Sequence record: MZ311865.1
DNA: 64,000 nt
Direction: 5' to 3' (one strand)
From: Escherichia phage vB_EcoM_LNA2
Each line of letters opens with the position of its first letter. Positions within the stretch are counted from its first letter, which is position 1. Positions 1 through 7,944 of the stretch are shown one piece after another. The notes below the pieces were generated by a model that saw nothing but the letters and a program-made list of their open reading frames with translations, made no database searches and was not told the origin of the DNA. Position numbers and translations under genes: made by a program.

Positions 1-382
1 GAGAAGCTTTAATTTCGTCAAACTTGTCGAGTACTGCCTGGTCTTCAGCGATTAAATTTTCGTACATCTCGATATCTTTCTTGATAAACTCGATATCTTC
101 CTGGGTTACTTTGGATAAACGAGATGCTTTATCCTTTTTGTACTGCTCGTTAGTTTCACGAGACCAGAATAATGTACGTTTTTTGTTAGTGTTTTTGTAG
201 ACTTCCACAATTCCAACTGAATCGATGATAGCAATCCAATTCCAGCGAGATTTGAAAATCTGACCTCCGTCCACGGTAATCTCGTTACCATAAGCAACGT
301 CATTAAAGAACTTGCTTTGTGCTTCAGATTTAAATTTACCGTCGTTATAATTTACCAGGTTGAAAATATCTTTAGCGTTCAT
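1..382 (-). CDS. hypothetical protein, N-terminal part only (gene runs off the window start)
   Basis: ATG at 382-380 preceded by GGAGG; hand translation MNAKDIFNLVNYNDGKF... stays open to position 1 (about 127 codons, no stop). The track ORF 106..303 is in another frame and is probably spurious. Confidence 0.5.
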   Translation of the reverse strand, partial: MNAKDIFNLVNYNDGKFKSEAQSKFFNDVAYGNEITVDGGQIFKSRWNWIAIIDSVGIVEVYKNTNKKRTLFWSRETNEQYKKDKASRLSKVTQEDIEFIKKDIEMYENLIAEDQAVLDKFDEIKAS

Positions 383-409
383 GTTTTACCTCCAGTAGTT
401 GATAGGTCT

Positions 410-438
410 ATAATAACATAACTATAGACCTTGTAAAC
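410..438 (-). promoter_or_regulatory. T4-type early promoter
   Basis: Minus strand GTTTAC (433-438), 17-bp spacer, TATTAT (410-415), upstream of the gene starting at 382. Confidence 0.6.
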
Positions 439-440
439 AA

Positions 441-728
441 CTAAAAGAAACTTTTTTCGGTATTTTTTCCACTGAACCAAACCGACTTCGGGGTTTTCTG
501 TAATTTTTCGGATTTAAGTTTCTCTTCCTGTTCTTTCTTATATGCATCCTTGTCGTACTGGAACAACTCTAGGGCATTCTTTTGTAGACGGTCTAAGGTA
601 ATTAAGGCTTTAGTTTTTCCTTTCAAGGAAGAGTCCTGGCGAACCTCCTCGCTATATTGCATTGTAGAACTAACCATACGATGAGCATAGAGTTCGACTG
701 CGGCTTTAATTTTTTGCATAAAATCCAT
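441..728 (-). CDS. hypothetical protein (95 aa)
   Basis: ORF track; GAGGA-like RBS before ATG; lies between two other minus-strand early genes. Confidence 0.45.
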   Translation of the reverse strand: MDFMQKIKAAVELYAHRMVSSTMQYSEEVRQDSSLKGKTKALITLDRLQKNALELFQYDKDAYKKEQEEKLKSEKLQKTPKSVWFSGKNTEKSFF

Positions 729-866
729 AACATATCCTCTTTGATTTGTACATCATTATTTTTAAATATTTCTATGCCCTCAGTAGGTTCCTGGTGTCCT
801 TCTTTGAGGTAAGCCATATGATTATTCATCTTTATGGCTTTTGTTACCTCAGAACTTCCTATAAGC

Positions 867-1868
867 TTATTTCAGTAAAGTAACTTCCGAGATTTCTTCC
901 CAACCATCTTTATCAGTTGAAATAAAATCTGCTACATAAAGAGCCGTACGTAATGATACATTGCGAAGACGAGATACGTTAGCCTTCATCCAGGACAATG
1001 CTTTATACGTTTCTGCATCTGTCAGACCACGTTTCTGCATCATGTCAGTAGATAATATTACATCTTCAACTCGAACCATAATCTCTTCATTAGAGTGTAC
1101 TCCAAGGTCGAGATACACTGAACGAGATACTAAAGCTTGAAGGTGTGGAGCAAGTTTCGAACCACGTTCTAACTCTTTATCGATATCAACGTTTGTAATG
1201 AAAACGATAGTACCTTCAAACTCAAATTCTTTATCAATACCCTTATCATCGAGATAAGATGACGCAGTGCTCCAACAAACTTTGCGTTTATCTCCAGTAT
1301 CTAATGCTGCTTTAAGAAGGTTCAAGATGTCCATATCTGAGAATACGTCAACGTCGTCGATTAAGAGAACGCTGTCTGCATCACGGTTGAGCCAAAGTTG
1401 TTCGTAAAGGCCGATACCAGAGATTTTACCATTAATGCTTTTGTATTTGATGAAACCGTTATCATTAGCATTATTAAGTGCTTTATCCAGAGAATACGTC
1501 TTACCAATACCAGCTGCACCTGAAATAATGAGTGAACGAATTTTGCCATCGATAATGCCATTCGTCATCATGTTCATTACTTTAAAGCGTTTGTTGATAC
1601 GAGTTTTCATATCTTCAGTGCTTTCAACAACTGCAACTGGTGATGTCTCAACTCCTTCCATTACGATGTCTGATTTGAAGACCCATACTCCACGTTCAGA
1701 ACCATCAATCATAACGAAAATTTTACCATCACCTAAGTGGGAACATTCAGGATTAAGCTTTGCCGGGAACCAGGTCTTTGTGGCAACATAAGAACCAGAG
1801 ATTTCGTTATTACGATAGATACCTTTTTTGATTTGAACGTTGAACATTTTATTCTCCAATTTACTCAT
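867..1868 (-). CDS. P-loop NTPase (AAA-like ATPase), function unknown
   Basis: Translation has Walker A GAAGIGKTYS and Walker B-like VLLIDDVD; early promoter immediately upstream (1886-1914). Confidence 0.7.
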   Translation of the reverse strand: MSKLENKMFNVQIKKGIYRNNEISGSYVATKTWFPAKLNPECSHLGDGKIFVMIDGSERGVWVFKSDIVMEGVETSPVAVVESTEDMKTRINKRFKVMNMMTNGIIDGKIRSLIISGAAGIGKTYSLDKALNNANDNGFIKYKSINGKISGIGLYEQLWLNRDADSVLLIDDVDVFSDMDILNLLKAALDTGDKRKVCWSTASSYLDDKGIDKEFEFEGTIVFITNVDIDKELERGSKLAPHLQALVSRSVYLDLGVHSNEEIMVRVEDVILSTDMMQKRGLTDAETYKALSWMKANVSRLRNVSLRTALYVADFISTDKDGWEEISEVTLLK

Positions 1869-1885
1869 TTCGTTTCGATAGGTCT

Positions 1886-1914
1886 ATAATAACATGTTTA
1901 AAGCAAAAGTAAAC
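1886..1914 (-). promoter_or_regulatory. T4-type early promoter
   Basis: Minus strand GTTTAC, 17 bp, TATTAT; upstream of the ATPase gene. Confidence 0.6.
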
Positions 1915-1916
1915 AA

Positions 1917-2135
1917 TTATTTGCGACGAGATTTTTTGGTAAGAGGTTGAAAGAACACTGCTTTACCGGCTGGGGTTAAGGTGACTCGTAATGCATTACC
2001 GATTCCTAAGGATGCTTTAACTAGACCTTTAGCTTTCAGTTCACCGAATGCTTGACGTTGGTCTGCATCACGAGTGTTAACCATAAGACCTTTATCACCT
2101 GCTTCACGAATCATTTCTAACATTTTGGTTTTCAT
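1917..2135 (-). CDS. small basic hypothetical protein (72 aa)
   Basis: Track ORF 1917..2192 starts at a GTG inside the upstream promoter; the internal ATG at 2135 follows GAGGAG (MKTKMLEMIREAGDKG...), so the shorter start is preferred. Confidence 0.45.
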   Translation of the reverse strand: MKTKMLEMIREAGDKGLMVNTRDADQRQAFGELKAKGLVKASLGIGNALRVTLTPAGKAVFFQPLTKKSRRK

Positions 2136-2163
2136 TTTGTTCTCCTCTTGTTTTGATAGGTCT

Positions 2164-2192
2164 ATAATAACATATCCTAAAAGCGTGTACAC
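2164..2192 (-). promoter_or_regulatory. early promoter (variant -35 GTGTAC)
   Basis: Minus strand GTGTAC, 17 bp, TATTAT; upstream of the 72-aa gene. Confidence 0.45.
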
Positions 2193-2212
2193 TACTTTTT
2201 AAAAATATTTTA

Positions 2213-2240
2213 ACCCCCTAAAGGGACCCGAAGGTCCCCA
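2213..2240 (-). terminator. hairpin terminator candidate
   Basis: GGGACC-cgaa-GGTCCC stem-loop preceded by CCCCCTAA, downstream of the exported-protein gene; the same architecture recurs at 20664-20686. Confidence 0.45.
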
Positions 2241-2243
2241 CAT

Positions 2244-2525
2244 TTACTTATCGCACTTAGCAACATAATTAGGCATATCACAGAATACGGAGCGAGTAAC
2301 TACTCGACCCTTTGACCATGCTTCAGTTGCTTGTCCGGCAGTGCTATTAATATAGCTTGATTTGATATTCTCAATACCCTGAGAATGTGATGCATTTACC
2401 GAACCGTTGGAAGGCCCAGAAGACTGGTTACCACCAGCTCCTGCACTACCGCTGGCTGCACCCGTGGTAGCACCAACAGAGAACGCCATCATTACTGCGA
2501 ATAAACCAATTACTAATTTTTTCAT
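2244..2525 (-). CDS. small exported Gly/Ser-rich protein (93 aa)
   Basis: N-terminal signal-peptide-like segment MKKLVIGLFAVMMAFSVGA followed by a low-complexity G/S/A/N-rich region; hairpin terminator just downstream (2213-2240). Confidence 0.55.
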   Translation of the reverse strand: MKKLVIGLFAVMMAFSVGATTGAASGSAGAGGNQSSGPSNGSVNASHSQGIENIKSSYINSTAGQATEAWSKGRVVTRSVFCDMPNYVAKCDK

Positions 2526-2556
2526 ATTTACCTCAAGTGAATGGTTATTTATCTAT

Positions 2557-3546
2557 TTATTTATAGTAAGAATTATGATTTTCGAGATAGACTTGCTCAA
2601 GGAAATCATCCCAGAAACTCATATCTACTTTTTGTTGCATACCGTTCTTAGCGGCTTGTTCTGATGCTTGTTCAACTTGGTCAACGATATCTTCTAGGAA
2701 TTCTTGTACAGTTTTAAACGTATGTTTACCAAGCTTAACATCGAGAATAAATGGAGCATCCTGAAGCGGGTAAACCAGGTCACCGGTTTTGTAAATTTCC
2801 AATAATTGAAGTCCACCACGACATGCATGACTCAATGCTTTCCAGTCAATACCTTCGTTGGCTTCCGCCTTACGAGCACGTTCACCATAGTTCTCTTCCA
2901 GTTTAACCAGGATGGCATTGAACTCTTTATTGGTTAACGTGTCTTGGAATTTACGGTCCAACAGATTATAGAATGTTTGCTTACCTGTTTTCTCGTTTTC
3001 GGTTTCAACCCATGAAGCAAATTCACCTACAGGCAGAACGTTCTTCATATGTGATAAACGAATTACTGCACCATTATCAAAGTATTGTCCCCATTCATTA
3101 GAACGTTTAAGGGCTTGACGAAGAACAGCCAGTCGAGAACCCTTGACACCATATTTAGAAGCTTGCTTACGGACATACCCTAAATAAGATTTCATGTTAG
3201 TGGTATAGAAACGAGACCTGTTATCTTGAATATACTTCCATACATCAGGCAAATCAGATTTAACTACTAGACTTTGTGGGGTGTGAAGCATATCTAATGC
3301 GACGGTTTCACCATCTGCAGCTAGTTTAAAGAAATATTTGAGACTATACAACTCATGGTCCACGTCGTCTTTTGTGTTCTTAGAAGCAGTGTTGTTAGTG
3401 TTCTTGCTCATGTGTTCTTTAACGTTACCGGTCAAGATATCACGAGCATGAGGGACATAAATTTCTTTAAAATCGACGTCAGATTCAGGAGTAGACGTTC
3501 CATAAAGGTGGCTACCAAAGTAGCCTTTCATAATTGTTTTCATCAT
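2557..3546 (-). CDS. putative nucleotidyltransferase-fold protein (Pol-beta superfamily motif), subfamily unknown
   Basis: N-terminal GSHLYGTSTPESDVDF fits the hG[GS]-x9-13-Dh[DE]h NTase signature; a downstream hhhD strand candidate (TVALDML); start overlaps the stop of the upstream membrane-protein gene (ATGA). Confidence 0.6.
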   Translation of the reverse strand: MMKTIMKGYFGSHLYGTSTPESDVDFKEIYVPHARDILTGNVKEHMSKNTNNTASKNTKDDVDHELYSLKYFFKLAADGETVALDMLHTPQSLVVKSDLPDVWKYIQDNRSRFYTTNMKSYLGYVRKQASKYGVKGSRLAVLRQALKRSNEWGQYFDNGAVIRLSHMKNVLPVGEFASWVETENEKTGKQTFYNLLDRKFQDTLTNKEFNAILVKLEENYGERARKAEANEGIDWKALSHACRGGLQLLEIYKTGDLVYPLQDAPFILDVKLGKHTFKTVQEFLEDIVDQVEQASEQAAKNGMQQKVDMSFWDDFLEQVYLENHNSYYK

Positions 3547-4016
3547 TTAGCCTTATATTCAAGAGTAGGACAGACTTTTTCTTTACGAGCTTTAATGTAT
3601 TCACCTATTAATGATTTCTTACGTTCAATAGGCTCAAGTCCATTTTTAATTCGTTCTTGGTTTTGTGCAATGAGCTCAATTTCTTTATAATATTTTCTGT
3701 CGTTATATTTGTCTAATAACCAAGATGGACCAATTACCGCCCCGACAGCAATAAGAACCATTACTGATATTGTTAAAATGCCTATACCAATTGAAGCAGG
3801 AACTAATGTCCATAAACTACTAAAGACAAAGAATTTAGTTAAAATTTCTTGGCCAATGATTGCGGCACCTGCTAAAGTTGCAAATCCAACAATTGAAACA
3901 GCCAATACCGGAATAAACGTTTTCCAAAAATAAGCACATAATGTTTTCGGACGATTCCATGTACTATTGAACGTGGCATAAATTTTAAAGTGCCAAGAGT
4001 TTTCATTGATAATCAT
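3543..4016 (-). CDS. small integral membrane protein (2-3 predicted TM helices, charged C-terminal tail)
   Basis: Hydrophobic stretches FIPVLAVSIVGFATLAGAAIIG, FFVFSSLWTLVPASIGIGILTI, SVMVLIAVGAVIG followed by a K/E/R-rich tail; translationally coupled to the NTase-fold gene. Confidence 0.6.
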   Translation of the reverse strand: MIINENSWHFKIYATFNSTWNRPKTLCAYFWKTFIPVLAVSIVGFATLAGAAIIGQEILTKFFVFSSLWTLVPASIGIGILTISVMVLIAVGAVIGPSWLLDKYNDRKYYKEIELIAQNQERIKNGLEPIERKKSLIGEYIKARKEKVCPTLEYKAK

Positions 4017-4025
4017 AATAATTCC

Positions 4026-4556
4026 TTATTTCAAAGTCGGGATAATAGAATCGAGATAAGCTTTAAGAGCAACTGCTTCATCTTTGTCTAATGTAATGAT
4101 ATGTTGACGAAGGTCGTCAATTTGACGAATAACTACAACATCACCGTCTTCATAAGAAGGATTAACGCTCAGGACTGTTGTATAGTCAGGGTTGTCCTGA
4201 TTTGTAATAAAAGCATTACGACATTTAGCCCATTGAAGTTTGGCCTTTTTGGCTGTTTCAGATTCCATGAATTCTTTCACTTTAGCGACGAATGTTTTCC
4301 AATTATTAATAGAAAAACATTCGTCTTCTGTTTCGATATTAACCCCACTATAAAGTCCGTGATAAAAACGAACTTGAAGGTCTTCATCAATGTTAATTAC
4401 AGATGCATGGCCTGGTGGATTGAGTTTCAAAATCTTGTCCAGTTCCATAGGAAGAATAGTAACAGCATCATCTTCTTGCGTCAGAACGTAAGCATAACCG
4501 CGTTTTTCAATACATAAATCACCAAACAATTCAGTTGTTTCAATTACAGTTTTCAT
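4026..4556 (-). CDS. hypothetical protein (176 aa)
   Basis: Track ORF 4026..4568 uses a TTG; the first ATG (4556) is preferred; first large gene of the operon ending with the NTase-fold gene. Confidence 0.55.
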   Translation of the reverse strand: MKTVIETTELFGDLCIEKRGYAYVLTQEDDAVTILPMELDKILKLNPPGHASVINIDEDLQVRFYHGLYSGVNIETEDECFSINNWKTFVAKVKEFMESETAKKAKLQWAKCRNAFITNQDNPDYTTVLSVNPSYEDGDVVVIRQIDDLRQHIITLDKDEAVALKAYLDSIIPTLK

Positions 4557-4557
4557 A

Positions 4558-4737
4558 TTATTCACCAATTAAAGTTTCAACAAAATTCACCAAAGCATTC
4601 TGGCAAGCGTCAACCTGATTTTCATAAAAGTCTCCGTTATCATTTACCGCATGATAAGCTACATCATTCAAATCTGAATCGGCTTCACGTAAGTCATGGA
4701 TAAGGTCCATCAATTTATTAGCTTGTTCACGGGTCAT
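4558..4737 (-). CDS. small hypothetical protein (59 aa)
   Basis: Hand translation MTREQANKLMDLIHDLREADSDLNDVAYHAVNDNGDFYENQVDACQNALVNFVETLIGE; below the 60-aa track cutoff; stop abuts the start of the next gene. Confidence 0.3.
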   Translation of the reverse strand: MTREQANKLMDLIHDLREADSDLNDVAYHAVNDNGDFYENQVDACQNALVNFVETLIGE

Positions 4738-4872
4738 TTTACCATACTCGTTTCAATAAGATTCACTATGCCGTTTACCATGTTATAAGTAAACATCGGA
4801 TAATTGTATTGTACTACAACATAAGCGATAAGCAAAAGTTTCATTTTGTTCTCCGTTCGTTTTGATAGGACT

Positions 4873-4902
4873 ACTATAACATAGTCCTATCAAGTTGTAA
4901 AC
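4873..4902 (-). promoter_or_regulatory. T4-type early promoter with -10 embedded in a palindrome
   Basis: Minus strand GTTTAC, 18 bp, TATAGT; the -10 sits inside the inverted repeat ataggactaCTATAACATagtcctat. Confidence 0.6.
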
Positions 4903-5111
4903 TACCGATTGTGTTTTAAATGTTGATAAAGTTCTTCAACTTGTTTAGGGTCCAAAACAATTAAGTCATTTTCTTGACGAAGATAAATCCATCCCTTATC
5001 CCCAGGGCCATTTTTACAAAACATCACCGTCGTCATATCGTCATCTTCAGCGCTTTCAGGTAAAAGTTCAAGTACACCATCTTCAGATTTTCCAGTATAA
5101 TCGTAAAGCAT
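4902..5111 (-). CDS. hypothetical protein (69 aa)
   Basis: Track ORF 4902..5138; internal ATG at 5111 preceded by GAGGAT is preferred. Confidence 0.45.
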   Translation of the reverse strand: MLYDYTGKSEDGVLELLPESAEDDDMTTVMFCKNGPGDKGWIYLRQENDLIVLDPKQVEELYQHLKHNR

Positions 5112-5118
5112 AATATCC

Positions 5119-5298
5119 TCACATAATCTCGTTAACATACATTTGCAATTCGGTGTGCGTATCAGCCATCTTTTTCATAGCTCTGTTAATGTCGATGTCC
5201 CCATCTTCGCAACCATGAGCATTTTCCCAATCAGATACCGCATTAGCGTACTCTTCAATCAAAAACATTAACTTAGAAATTTTTTCTTTACGTGACAT
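5119..5298 (-). CDS. hypothetical protein (59 aa)
   Basis: Track ORF 5119..5367; in-frame ATG at 5298 preceded by GAGGAG; early promoter 5326-5354 upstream. Confidence 0.4.
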   Translation of the reverse strand: MSRKEKISKLMFLIEEYANAVSDWENAHGCEDGDIDINRAMKKMADTHTELQMYVNEIM

Positions 5299-5325
5299 AA
5301 CGTTCTCCTCTAGTAAGTAAGGTCT

Positions 5326-5354
5326 ACTATAACACAACCTGAGGAAAAGTAAAC
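5326..5354 (-). promoter_or_regulatory. T4-type early promoter
   Basis: Minus strand GTTTAC, 17 bp, TATAGT. Confidence 0.55.
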
Positions 5355-5365
5355 TGCTAAATGCC

Positions 5366-5395
5366 AAAAAGCCCCAACCTTTCGGAAGGGGCTAT
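5366..5395 (-). terminator. hairpin terminator after rI
   Basis: aaaaagccccaacctttcggaaggggctat; GC stem with a U-run on the minus-strand transcript; identical 30-mer at 21363-21392. Confidence 0.55.
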
Positions 5396-5399
5396 TAAA

Positions 5400-5702
5400 T
5401 TAGATAGATGTAGGCTCTAATTTTATTTTCATGAACTCAGCAAATTGTCTGGCGGTTTTTATGCCTTGTTCATGACATTCAAATGCATCATCACAGGGAC
5501 TATTTTTGTAATGCTTTGCCATATACTTATAGAATTTTTCAGAATTCTCGACATTTTGAATTTCAAACAAAGTATATACGTTTTTAATCCCTGATTCCAT
5601 AAAGTTATCAAAATATGGGTCGATATGTGCAGTACCAACGATAGGAGTTGTTGCTGCAAAAAACCCCAGCATCGCTATGACAGCTATCGCTCTTAAGGCC
5701 AT
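5400..5702 (-). CDS. rI: lysis-inhibition regulator rI-like protein (signal-anchor membrane protein)
   Basis: Translation MALRAIAVIAMLGFFAATT...DPYFDNFMESGI... closely resembles T4 rI as recalled; AGGAGG RBS; positioned next to tk as in T4. Confidence 0.8.
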   Translation of the reverse strand: MALRAIAVIAMLGFFAATTPIVGTAHIDPYFDNFMESGIKNVYTLFEIQNVENSEKFYKYMAKHYKNSPCDDAFECHEQGIKTARQFAEFMKIKLEPTSI

Positions 5703-5714
5703 ATAGGCCTCCTG

Positions 5715-5927
5715 TTAATTTTGGCCAGTATTTATTTTTCGCCTTTGGACGGCCTTAACATCTGTGAGGTATTTTTCCAGCTTGCGCTTGCGTGTATAAT
5801 CAGCTTTAGAACCAGTTTGACGGATATCCTCATTTAAATGAGAAATAGAATGTCCTAATTCTCTTCGGATTTCATCCAATTGGGTTACAGTAAGATTACG
5901 AAGTTGTCTTTCGTTTAATTGCTGCAT
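5715..5927 (-). CDS. hypothetical protein (70 aa)
   Basis: ORF track; compact arrangement between rI and tk. Confidence 0.45.
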   Translation of the reverse strand: MQQLNERQLRNLTVTQLDEIRRELGHSISHLNEDIRQTGSKADYTRKRKLEKYLTDVKAVQRRKINTGQN

Positions 5928-5954
5928 ATATACCTCTTGGTTAGATATTAGTAT

Positions 5955-6536
5955 TTATAACAACCCTGTCAAATCATTCCAATGCTTCCGGCATAATGAC
6001 ACGTATCTATCAGTATCACCAATTTCAATTTGACTGCCATCTGTAATTGGAAGTCCGTCTTCCGTGACTCTAGCTACCATTGTAGCCTTTTTACCACAAT
6101 GACAGACACCTTTAAGTTCAACAAGCTTATCGGCAATAGCCATTAATGCTTGAGAACCTTCAAATAGATTACCTTTAAAATCTGTTCGTAGTCCATATGC
6201 CATTACTGGCACATTGTATACGTCAACAATACGACTAAGTTGATACACCTTTTCAGTAGTTAAGAACTGAGCTTCGTCAACAAATACACAATGAATATCC
6301 TTTTGTGCTGCAGCCCATTTATAGAATTCAAAGATGTCCATGTCTTTTGTAATTATATTGGCATCCTGACGAATACCAATACGAGAGACTATTTCACCTT
6401 TTGAATCACGAGTATCAATAGCCGGTTTAAGAACTAATACACCCATGCCACGTTCTTTATAGTTATGTGCAGCAGTAAGTAATGAAGCAGACTTACCGGC
6501 ATTCATAGCGGCATATGTAAAAATTAAACTAGCCAT
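5955..6536 (-). CDS. tk: thymidine kinase
   Basis: P-loop AAMNAGKS near N-terminus, FVDEAQF motif and C-terminal Cys cluster (CHCGKKA...C) typical of TK1-type thymidine kinases; matches T4 tk organisation. Confidence 0.9.
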   Translation of the reverse strand: MASLIFTYAAMNAGKSASLLTAAHNYKERGMGVLVLKPAIDTRDSKGEIVSRIGIRQDANIITKDMDIFEFYKWAAAQKDIHCVFVDEAQFLTTEKVYQLSRIVDVYNVPVMAYGLRTDFKGNLFEGSQALMAIADKLVELKGVCHCGKKATMVARVTEDGLPITDGSQIEIGDTDRYVSLCRKHWNDLTGLL

Positions 6537-6545
6537 AAGAGTCCC

Positions 6546-6728
6546 TTATAGTGAATTCACGTAGTCAATGAGTTCTTGTTCTTTCCTGTCAAATGATTCC
6601 ATCAATGCGTGATATTCTTCGTCCGTCAAAGGAGCATATTCATCGTACGCATTGGTGGCTGCTTGTTCATCCAATAGGTCATGGATAAGTTCGAACAGTT
6701 TAGCTTTCTCTTCTTTAGTTAATTTCAT
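6546..6728 (-). CDS. hypothetical acidic protein (60 aa)
   Basis: ORF track; tight spacing after tk. Confidence 0.4.
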   Translation of the reverse strand: MKLTKEEKAKLFELIHDLLDEQAATNAYDEYAPLTDEEYHALMESFDRKEQELIDYVNSL

Positions 6729-6937
6729 TTAGGTTCACCTTCTTTAACGAAATCTGGGTAAGGGTAAAATCCTGAGTAAAATCCTTCACCTTTATGATTG
6801 CTACAACCTTTGTTCGAACAGTAACACCAATAATCAAAATCACAAGCCATTTCGTCATTGCATAAAGCAAAAACTACAGGCCATTCGCATTTTTCGCATT
6901 TAGCACCTGTAAGAATTTTTGTTTGGCTCATAACCAT
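6725..6937 (-). CDS. hypothetical Cys-rich protein (70 aa), possible metal-binding
   Basis: Multiple Cys pairs (CEKCEW, CNDEMAC, CYCSNKGC); overlaps neighbours by 4 nt. Confidence 0.45.
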   Translation of the reverse strand: MVMSQTKILTGAKCEKCEWPVVFALCNDEMACDFDYWCYCSNKGCSNHKGEGFYSGFYPYPDFVKEGEPK

Positions 6938-7155
6938 GTCACCTTTAAGCAGTATTCTTCTACATGCTGTTTACGACCTTTCTTATCAATAAAGGTATAT
7001 TCAACGAATGTTCCAATGTAGTCTTTATCTACATCATGTGGACTATTAATTGGACATTTAGTACGACAAATGCGTTCCCATTGACGAATAATTACTGCCT
7101 TATTCTTTGGGTCGTATGGATGTGGATAATGTATATTCATAATAATGGTTCCCAA
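6928..7155 (-). CDS. hypothetical protein (75 aa)
   Basis: ORF track; overlapping start/stop with neighbours. Confidence 0.45.
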   Translation of the reverse strand: MGTIIMNIHYPHPYDPKNKAVIIRQWERICRTKCPINSPHDVDKDYIGTFVEYTFIDKKGRKQHVEEYCLKVTWL

Positions 7156-7634
7156 TCAACAATCACAATTTCTAGTTTAGTGGAATACGTATCTAAAATC
7201 TCTTCGATGATATCCCAGTTTCCGCCACCGATACCAGCACCAATTCTTGGCATATAAATTAAAGGCTTTGTTATCTTATTCTTTCCGAATTTATTTAATT
7301 CTATTATACAATTCATTAAAGCAGAGTACTCAAAATTAGGTCCAGGCTCAAACTGTGTATAAAGATTAAAGCAATAAGCTTTATGGGTCTTAAAATATTT
7401 TTCATAAACCGAATAAGACCCGAGTTTAGATTCGTCTCCGAATTCGGTTTGAAGTTTATCGGCTTCCAGAATTTTTGGATAAGCCTTTGCTAATTGTCCT
7501 GCCACACCAGCGCCCATTGTATGAAAACAATTACACCCATGAGCAATATTATTACCTTTAGAAAACAGGGCGACAATATCGCCCTTGATATAGTTTTTAA
7601 TCACTTGCTGCAAGTCCTCTAGTATAAGAGTCAA
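7137..7634 (-). CDS. macro-domain-like protein (possible ADP-ribose binding/hydrolase)
   Basis: Motifs NNIAHGCNCFHTMGAGVAGQLAKAYP and PRIGAGIGGGNW resemble the two glycine-rich phosphate-binding loops of macro domains; assignment by pattern only. Confidence 0.5.
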   Translation of the reverse strand: MTLILEDLQQVIKNYIKGDIVALFSKGNNIAHGCNCFHTMGAGVAGQLAKAYPKILEADKLQTEFGDESKLGSYSVYEKYFKTHKAYCFNLYTQFEPGPNFEYSALMNCIIELNKFGKNKITKPLIYMPRIGAGIGGGNWDIIEEILDTYSTKLEIVIVDWEPLL

Positions 7635-7944
7635 CTAGACGGTCCACCATAGAATTGCATGCTGCCTTATCTTTAGGTTCCGCCACCGAGCATTCTAATA
7701 TTTGCCATTTTTTATAGTATCTTTTAATTAAGGTAGACGCCTTGAACCTACTAGACGCCCCATCTTTTTCTCCGTCTTTATACGCATATAACAATTTTTG
7801 TGAAAAATCTACTTTACACTCTTGACTTTTACCACAATAATCAGACGCCGTTCTGTTTGTATACTCCGTTACATCAGTATATGTAGTATTAGCAAGAGCG
7901 TTAAATGAAACCAAGCCAACTATTAAAGCCAACATTTTGGTCAT
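7597..7944 (-). CDS. exported small protein (115 aa)
   Basis: N-terminal signal-peptide-like MTKMLALIVGLVSFNALA; several Cys. Confidence 0.5.
   Translation of the reverse strand: MTKMLALIVGLVSFNALANTTYTDVTEYTNRTASDYCGKSQECKVDFSQKLLYAYKDGEKDGASSRFKASTLIKRYYKKWQILECSVAEPKDKAACNSMVDRLVDSYTRGLAASD

Noticed and set aside
623-829. 68-aa ORF overlapping the 441-728 gene by about 100 nt in another frame
   Set aside because: Cannot both be real as drawn; the 441-728 frame has the better RBS. A short gene at the 829 start cannot be excluded.
2244-4844. Naming the NTase plus TM-protein operon a CBASS system
   Set aside because: Only the generic Pol-beta NTase signature is visible; no SMODS/SAVED/Cap-type accessory signatures, and the gene order and small sizes fit several alternatives. 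Reported as a candidate module, not as CBASS.
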